Of a DNA stretch of 64,000 nucleotides, positions 58,276-64,000 are shown piece after piece (within the stretch, counting starts at the first letter, position 1; each line of letters opens with the position of its first letter). The notes beneath the pieces were generated by a model. It searched no databases, was not told the DNA's origin, and was given only the letters and a program-made list of their open reading frames with translations. The stretch covers positions 64,001-128,000 of the forward strand of contig CBDEUK010000002.1 of assembly GCA_965243205.1 (NCBI GenBank), read 5' to 3'. The stretch is from Gammaproteobacteria bacterium (lineage in GTDB: Bacteria; Pseudomonadota; Gammaproteobacteria; Eutrophobiales; Eutrophobiaceae). The position numbers and the translations under genes were made by a program.

Positions 58276-58802
58276 TAATGACCTACAACTTTTAGTTTAT
58301 TGTAAGAATGATGAATGGGATATTCAGGCAGTCCATTAATGATATTTTGCGTAAAACAAAGCAACTCATTAGTTTCTGGTATTTGATCTATTTGATAAGG
58401 AATGGTTAAGAGTTGGCGTTTCAACTCTATTGAACAAGCATCTACATTTAATTCTTCAGTTAGCCAATCTATCCAAAGCCCTTTGGTATCTCGATTAAAA
58501 GTTTCTGAGCCAGGTAATAGATTAGATACTCTGCGTAATAGCAAATGTAATGCTTTGAACAGTTCATGATTACTTAATGTCTGTTGCTGTAGCAGGTTGA
58601 ATTCGTATTTAGCAAGTGCTCGCAGTGATTTGACTTGTTTATTTTTTTGATACCAATAATAAATAATTAATGTGAGTATTAATAAACTAGCACCTAACAT
58701 CCACCAACCTGTTGCTAGCGGCCACCAAGGAACATCATTTGGTAAATGAATATCTCGCAAATCAATATTGATCATTGCTTCAGAATTCATTCCACCCATC
58801 AT
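58275..58802 (-). CDS. DUF4381-family protein
   Basis: LRDIHLP..VPWWPLA.GWW followed by a TM helix. Confidence 0.85.
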   Translation of the reverse strand: MMGGMNSEAMINIDLRDIHLPNDVPWWPLATGWWMLGASLLILTLIIYYWYQKNKQVKSLRALAKYEFNLLQQQTLSNHELFKALHLLLRRVSNLLPGSETFNRDTKGLWIDWLTEELNVDACSIELKRQLLTIPYQIDQIPETNELLCFTQNIINGLPEYPIHHSYNKLKVVGH

Positions 58803-59731
58803 TAATACCTAAATAATTTCCTTAATTCGTCAGCGGGTTCACAGTCTGTTGTTAAATTTAATATAGGTGAACGCATTGAGCTGACTAAGCTTTCGATGTT
58901 TTCTTTCTGCAAATTTGCAATCTCATCAAGCTCTGCTTGCATCTTATTATTATCACCCAGTACCGAAACTTGTGCTCTTGCATTTATCATTCGATACAGA
59001 CCTTTGGTTTTCGGTAGAGATGATTCAAGATGATCCGAAACTTGCGCTAACACAAAATCACATCGACTGCGTAATTGAGTGAATTCTGTAATATGGTTTG
59101 AATTAAGCCCTTGAAAGTCGCTAATAAAAAAAACTAATGAACCTGGAGTGATATACTTGCGTAACTTACTCAAAGCAACAGATAAACTATTAGATAATTC
59201 CTGATTTGAAATACTTGCACGGCGACTAGAGCGGCCGAGTTCTTTAACAAATTTCATAACTGCGCGACGACCACGAGCAGATTTTATAATGATTTGTTGT
59301 TGTTCATTAAATATAAACCCAGCAATTCTTTCTCCTTGAAAAAATGCTTTCCACGCAATAATGGCCGCAGTGTTTGCAGCAACGGTGCGTTTATAACGTG
59401 TTCTTGTACCAAAATGCATAGACGCTCGATCATCGACACATATATAAACAGGGCGCTCTCGTTCTTCACGAAAAACTTTGGTAAATGCTTCGCCACGTCT
59501 AGCGGTAGTACGAGAATCAAGATAACGAATATCATCACCAGCTTGATATACTCTGGATTCATCGTATTCCATACCTCGACCGCGTGATAAAGATAAATAC
59601 TGTCCGCCTTTATTGGCTCGAATCGACTTTACCCATGAAGGTAAGCGTTTTGCAATGCGCGCTAGCTGTACTAATTCTATTGGATCAGCGATAGTGATTC
59701 CGACAATATCGTTAATGTTGTCACTTCGCAT
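58802..59731 (-). CDS. DUF58 domain protein
   Basis: GRGMEYDESRVYQAGDDIR, FREERER, SMHFG, ISDF. Confidence 0.9.
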   Translation of the reverse strand: MRSDNINDIVGITIADPIELVQLARIAKRLPSWVKSIRANKGGQYLSLSRGRGMEYDESRVYQAGDDIRYLDSRTTARRGEAFTKVFREERERPVYICVDDRASMHFGTRTRYKRTVAANTAAIIAWKAFFQGERIAGFIFNEQQQIIIKSARGRRAVMKFVKELGRSSRRASISNQELSNSLSVALSKLRKYITPGSLVFFISDFQGLNSNHITEFTQLRSRCDFVLAQVSDHLESSLPKTKGLYRMINARAQVSVLGDNNKMQAELDEIANLQKENIESLVSSMRSPILNLTTDCEPADELRKLFRY

Positions 59732-59746
59732 AAGAGATACCTTAGT

Positions 59747-60715
59747 TTAAGGCGTTGTAACGCGATCTAATAATGTATCGATACATTGTTCAACTGATAT
59801 ATCTTCGCTTTCAGCTTCGTAACTTAATACCAATCGATGACTCAAGATATCGGGTAATAATGTTTGTATATCATCGGGTCCTACAAAATCTCTATTGTTT
59901 AACCATGCATTGGCTCGTGCACAAATATCCAGTGCAAGTGTTGCACGTGGACTAGCGCCATATTCGATCCATCGAGCAAGATCATCTCCGTAACGTTGAG
60001 GTTTTCTAGTCGCTAGTATCAACTCGATTAAGTATTGTTCTACTGATTCAGCAAGATGTACTTCTGTTACTTGTTTACGTGCTTGAGTGATCTCTTCATG
60101 AGTGATACTGATCCGTTGTTTTTTTTCTTTTTCTGTATTGACATATTGTTCAATCCTCTCCTGATTCGCTAAAGCCAAAATTGTTTTCTCGTCTTCTGCT
60201 TTAGGGTAATCAACCACCGTTTTCATTAGAAAGCGATCGAGCTGCGCTTCGGGTAAAGGATAGGTACCTTCATGTTCCAATGGATTTTGTGTTGCCATAA
60301 CTAAAAATAATTCTGGCATCCCATACGTATTGTTACCTATAGTAATTTGCCGTTCGCCCATCGCTTCTAATAATGCTGATTGGACTTTTGGTGGTGCGCG
60401 GTTAACTTCATCGGCTAAGATGATTTGATAAAACAATGGCCCAGGTTGAAAATCAAATTCCCCCGTCTGTGGCCGAAATACATCGGAACCAGTTAAATCA
60501 GCTGGTAATAAATCTGGTGTGAATTGAATACGATGAAATTCAGCATCGATACATTCACTAAGTAACTTAATGGCCTTGGTTTTAGCCAAACCAGGCGCAC
60601 CTTCAACTAATAAATGTCCATCGGCTAAAAGTGAAATTAGGAGTCTGTCGATGAGTTTTGGTTGGCCTATAATATTGGCTGAAAGGTATTCAACCAGGCT
60701 TGATAAATTATTCAT
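59747..60715 (-). CDS. moxR: MoxR-family AAA+ ATPase
   Basis: EGAPGLAKT, RIQFTPDLLPAD, ADEVNRAPPKVQSALLEAM, ATQNP, GASPRA. Confidence 0.93.
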   Translation of the reverse strand: MNNLSSLVEYLSANIIGQPKLIDRLLISLLADGHLLVEGAPGLAKTKAIKLLSECIDAEFHRIQFTPDLLPADLTGSDVFRPQTGEFDFQPGPLFYQIILADEVNRAPPKVQSALLEAMGERQITIGNNTYGMPELFLVMATQNPLEHEGTYPLPEAQLDRFLMKTVVDYPKAEDEKTILALANQERIEQYVNTEKEKKQRISITHEEITQARKQVTEVHLAESVEQYLIELILATRKPQRYGDDLARWIEYGASPRATLALDICARANAWLNNRDFVGPDDIQTLLPDILSHRLVLSYEAESEDISVEQCIDTLLDRVTTP

Positions 60716-61048
60716 TTATACCCTCAATAATGGCTTTGAACAAATCATCAGCGTCACAACAGAATGGGTAGAAAATGAATGAAAAGACAATCAAAAATAA
60801 TTATTTTATTTCGTTTATCTACCTTCAAAATCTAGGTAACTTTTGAATTATTTAGAAAACAATCCCTCATTTCATGCAGCTGATTATCTATTATTGAAGC
60901 TGCCGGAATGCTCTTATATAGTCAATTACAAGACATCGAATTAGGAAAAATTCATTATGATTTTTGGGTAATTATTACCATTTTAAAGGATAAATTTTCA
61001 AATAGCAGTTTCTGGTTCAATAGCTGGAAGGTTTTAAAAACTTTATTA

Positions 61049-63109
61049 TCAAGCAACTTTAAATATATTCACTTCTGATTGTAAATCATTTGATAGTTTT
61101 TGCAGTTGGTGAATAGACTGTAGTAGTTCATTACTGTTTTCATTTGTTTGCTGAGCAGTATCACTAATATGAACAATATTTTGGTTTATATCTTCACCAA
61201 CAGTTTTTTGATTATCGGTTGTATTAGCTATTTCATTGGTCATGGTTGAAAGTTTTGACATTGAACTATCGATTTTTTCAAGTGACTTGGAAGCATTGTC
61301 AGATACAGTGACACTTTCGTTACTCTTTTCTAAACCATCTTTCATAATGGAGACTGCTTCTTTAGAAGTAGTTTGTAATTTTTCTATGATAGTTTGAATC
61401 TCATGTGTTGAGTCATGAGAGCGTTGTGCTAATGTTCTTACTTCATCTGCCACAACGGCAAATCCGCGTCCTTGTTCACCAGCTCTTGCTGCTTCGATTG
61501 CAGCATTAAGTGCTAATAAATTGGTTTGTTCAGCGATATCTTGGATGACATCTAAGACTGTTGAAATAGAATTTGAATCTTGATCAACACGGTCGATCAT
61601 TGTTGCTGTTTGTTCGATCGTTTGTGAAAGAGATTGTGCAGTGGTAGCGGATACACCGACAATTTCTTGGCCTTCTATAACCATACTACCAACACCTTGA
61701 GTTTCATTTGCGACATTTTTTGTAAAGTTTGCAATTTCTTGGCTAGATGCAACCATTTCAGTTATTGCTGTTGCTAGACTATCTGCATCTCTTTTTTGTG
61801 CCTCAACATTTTTGAAATTCTTATTAGCAATTTCATTTAAACTTTCAGTAGCAGAACCAACAGAGTTTGCTGAAGAGGAAATTTGTTTTACTAATTTATT
61901 CAGATTTATCAATAATTGATTGATGTCTTTATTTAATAAATCTATTTCGTTGTTTGTATCAGTTGCCGCATTTGTGTTTGTTTGTATTTGTAAGTCACCT
62001 TTACTTATATTTTTTATGGTTTCACTGACTTGGTTTAATGGTTTAAGACCCAAACGTAATGTTAAAATGGTTAACCAAACGACGACCATGCAACAAACAA
62101 TACCCGTTACGATTAAAATATTTCTTATAGCAGTACTAGCAGATGCAAGTTCATCAACGTATCCTTTAGAAACAACCATAACATTCCAAGGTTCGAATAT
62201 AGTGTAAGATGCAATCATTTCACGAGAGTTTATTGATTCAATATCTTGCCAATGATATGAAATAGATCCGCGTTGATTCTCATACATATTTCGATATAGA
62301 GATGTTCCATCTGCATCGTTCATATCTATAATCGTTTTATCTTTTAGAGCATGATCTACTAATACTCTACCAAAACTATCACCTTTCTTTGTGCTAAAGA
62401 CTAATACATTCCCATTTTCACCGAAACGTAGTTCATCCAGAGTTTGATAAAGCGATTTCAAGCCTTCTGTAAAATCAAAACCAATATAAAGAATAGCAAT
62501 GGTATTACCACTTGCATCCTGAATTGGAGAATAAACGGTCATATAATCACGGCCAAATAAATGTGCGCGGCCAATATATTTTTTACCATCCATTAATTTT
62601 TTATATCCAGGATGGTTCTGACCTAACAATGTACCAATAGCACGTTCACCATTTGTTTTACGTAACGAAGTTGTTGCTCTTAAAAAATCGTCTTCATAAC
62701 GGACAAAAATTGTAGCAGTACCACCAGTGAGCTTTGTAAACTGATCAGGATATGTAAAATCAAGATTTAATGGAACTGAATTGAGTAAAAGCAATGGGCT
62801 TTCATATTTTCCAATAGAAATGGTTTGAGATGTATCAAGTTGAAACTTTCCATCGACCATTGAGAAGAAAGCATTGCTTAAACGGTCTGCATTATTTCTT
62901 AATGTCTCATCATAAAAACGTAATTTTTCAACAATTAAATTAGTATCACGTTCTAGAGCTTCTTCCGCTTGTGTGATTAGTGCGTTTTTTGAATAAAAAT
63001 AAGCAATGCTGGCAAATGCGAAAAAAAAAGTAAGTATCACCACAATTAATGGTAATACAGTTTGTTTGATCAAAGACATATGTTGAAACTGTTTCATAAC
63101 GTGACCCAT
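61049..63109 (-). CDS. Methyl-accepting chemotaxis protein with Cache-type sensor
   Basis: TM-Cache (ATIFVR..DFLR.TTSL..G.RAIGT.L)-TM-HAMP; [34 protein letters not shown]. Confidence 0.95.
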   Translation of the reverse strand: MGHVMKQFQHMSLIKQTVLPLIVVILTFFFAFASIAYFYSKNALITQAEEALERDTNLIVEKLRFYDETLRNNADRLSNAFFSMVDGKFQLDTSQTISIGKYESPLLLLNSVPLNLDFTYPDQFTKLTGGTATIFVRYEDDFLRATTSLRKTNGERAIGTLLGQNHPGYKKLMDGKKYIGRAHLFGRDYMTVYSPIQDASGNTIAILYIGFDFTEGLKSLYQTLDELRFGENGNVLVFSTKKGDSFGRVLVDHALKDKTIIDMNDADGTSLYRNMYENQRGSISYHWQDIESINSREMIASYTIFEPWNVMVVSKGYVDELASASTAIRNILIVTGIVCCMVVVWLTILTLRLGLKPLNQVSETIKNISKGDLQIQTNTNAATDTNNEIDLLNKDINQLLINLNKLVKQISSSANSVGSATESLNEIANKNFKNVEAQKRDADSLATAITEMVASSQEIANFTKNVANETQGVGSMVIEGQEIVGVSATTAQSLSQTIEQTATMIDRVDQDSNSISTVLDVIQDIAEQTNLLALNAAIEAARAGEQGRGFAVVADEVRTLAQRSHDSTHEIQTIIEKLQTTSKEAVSIMKDGLEKSNESVTVSDNASKSLEKIDSSMSKLSTMTNEIANTTDNQKTVGEDINQNIVHISDTAQQTNENSNELLQSIHQLQKLSNDLQSEVNIFKVA

Positions 63110-63115
63110 TTCAAA

Positions 63116-63484
63116 TTATATTCCTAGGCAGTTTTGTTCCATTACTTCATTCCTAGAAATCGTGGATAAAATTTTATTCAGTAGAATTTTTTTTTGCATT
63201 TCCATTTTATGAAACTTCAGTCCTATGCTGGAATCTGTCATCCAACAAATTTGTATACGAGAGATAAAAGTACTCGGCTTAGCCATATCATTGATATTTA
63301 TTTTTAATAAATATTCAGGTTTAGTTTCCCAATTTTGTGGTCGAATGACTTCAATACCACCTTGAGAAAGATTCCTGATTGGTACTCTATATACCGTTTT
63401 GTTTGTAAGTATTTCAGCTGTATAACTAACTTCTCTTCTTGGAAACTTACGCCTATCTTTCACTAAATTTTGCCTGATATTCAA
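63116..63484 (-). CDS. PilZ domain protein
   Basis: RxxxR (RKFPR) and NLSxGG motifs, GLKF. Confidence 0.85.
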   Translation of the reverse strand: MNIRQNLVKDRRKFPRREVSYTAEILTNKTVYRVPIRNLSQGGIEVIRPQNWETKPEYLLKININDMAKPSTFISRIQICWMTDSSIGLKFHKMEMQKKILLNKILSTISRNEVMEQNCLGI

Positions 63485-63720
63485 TTATCTAGGTCTTTTT
63501 ATCGGCTATTAATGCTAATAATTTAATAAAAATACCTCATTGAGAGTTCAATTAATTACGATAAAGTGATTTCCTTAGACGTAATGAATCTTGTGAAATA
63601 AGTAATACTTAAACGTATATAAAACTTAACTCTCAATTGAAAATCTATCTTTAAGTACTTCTTCGCTTCCAGTATTTTTAAGGAATAAGGGAATTTTCAC
63701 TCGAATCTATCAGAGAATTG

Positions 63721-63762
63721 ATATTCATAAATGATATGTTATAACATATCATTTATGAATAT
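63721..63762. promoter_or_regulatory. Putative Zur box within a 42-bp perfect palindrome
   Basis: Core GATATGTTATAACATATC resembles proteobacterial Zur boxes; the palindrome ends 33 bp before the zur ATG. Confidence 0.7.
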
Positions 63763-63795
63763 GAGTGAATTCAAAATCCTCTTCTAGGTATTCCA

Positions 63796-64000
63796 ATGCA
63801 ATTGACCACAAATCAACAAAATGTGCTTGCCGCGCTTGAGCAAGCAAGCAGTCCACTCAGTGCCTATGAGTTACTCAAACAGTTGAGTAAACCAGGATTC
63901 AACGCACCGGCACAAGTTTATCGTGCCTTGAGCAGGTTGGTAGAACATGGTCTGGTACACCGGCTGGAAACGTTGAATGCATACATTGCCTGCTCGCACC
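63796..64000 (+). CDS. zur: Fur-family zinc uptake regulator Zur (partial, runs off the window)
   Basis: Hand translation MQLTTNQQNVLAALEQASSPLSAYELL...PAQVYRALSRLVEHGLVHRLETLNAYIACSH. Confidence 0.82.
   Translation, partial: MQLTTNQQNVLAALEQASSPLSAYELLKQLSKPGFNAPAQVYRALSRLVEHGLVHRLETLNAYIACSH

Noticed and set aside
29883-60715. A third tandem island covering the giant protein and PQQ cluster (AAATCAACGACTT follows the att)
   Set aside because: I saw no further tRNA repeat, integrase or clear compositional boundary downstream.

Overview
AT-rich bacterial chromosome segment, probably from a gammaproteobacterium (inferred from gene content and low GC), with three parts. (1) 1-1414: the amrB/amrS AmmeMemoRadiSam genes and an initiator tRNA-Met. 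(2) Two elements in tandem at the tRNA 3' end. The first is a ~1 kb integrase-less hicB-hicA islet bounded by a 46-bp direct repeat. The second is a ~27.4 kb, visibly GC-richer integrative mobilizable element (2476-29882, 17-bp direct repeats). It carries a large serine recombinase whose ORF runs through the att site, a VirD4-like/vWA/lipoprotein operon, hipBA, a second (tyrosine) integrase with its own apparently unused tRNA-Asn-like attP, AlpA, a Type ISP R-M + GHKL-nuclease + SMC-like ATPase defence block, ArdA, relaxase and MobC. (3) 30-64 kb: a giant secreted cadherin-repeat protein and a lanthanide-type PQQ alcohol/methanol dehydrogenase (XoxF-like) cluster. That cluster has an XoxJ-ankyrin fusion, cytochrome c, two ABC systems, two NarX-type kinases, three NarL-type regulators, MxaD-like and SoxYZ-like proteins. 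It is followed by a MoxR/vWA/Bat operon, an MCP, PilZ and a partial zur. All calls come from reading motifs by eye; no database searches or computations were run.
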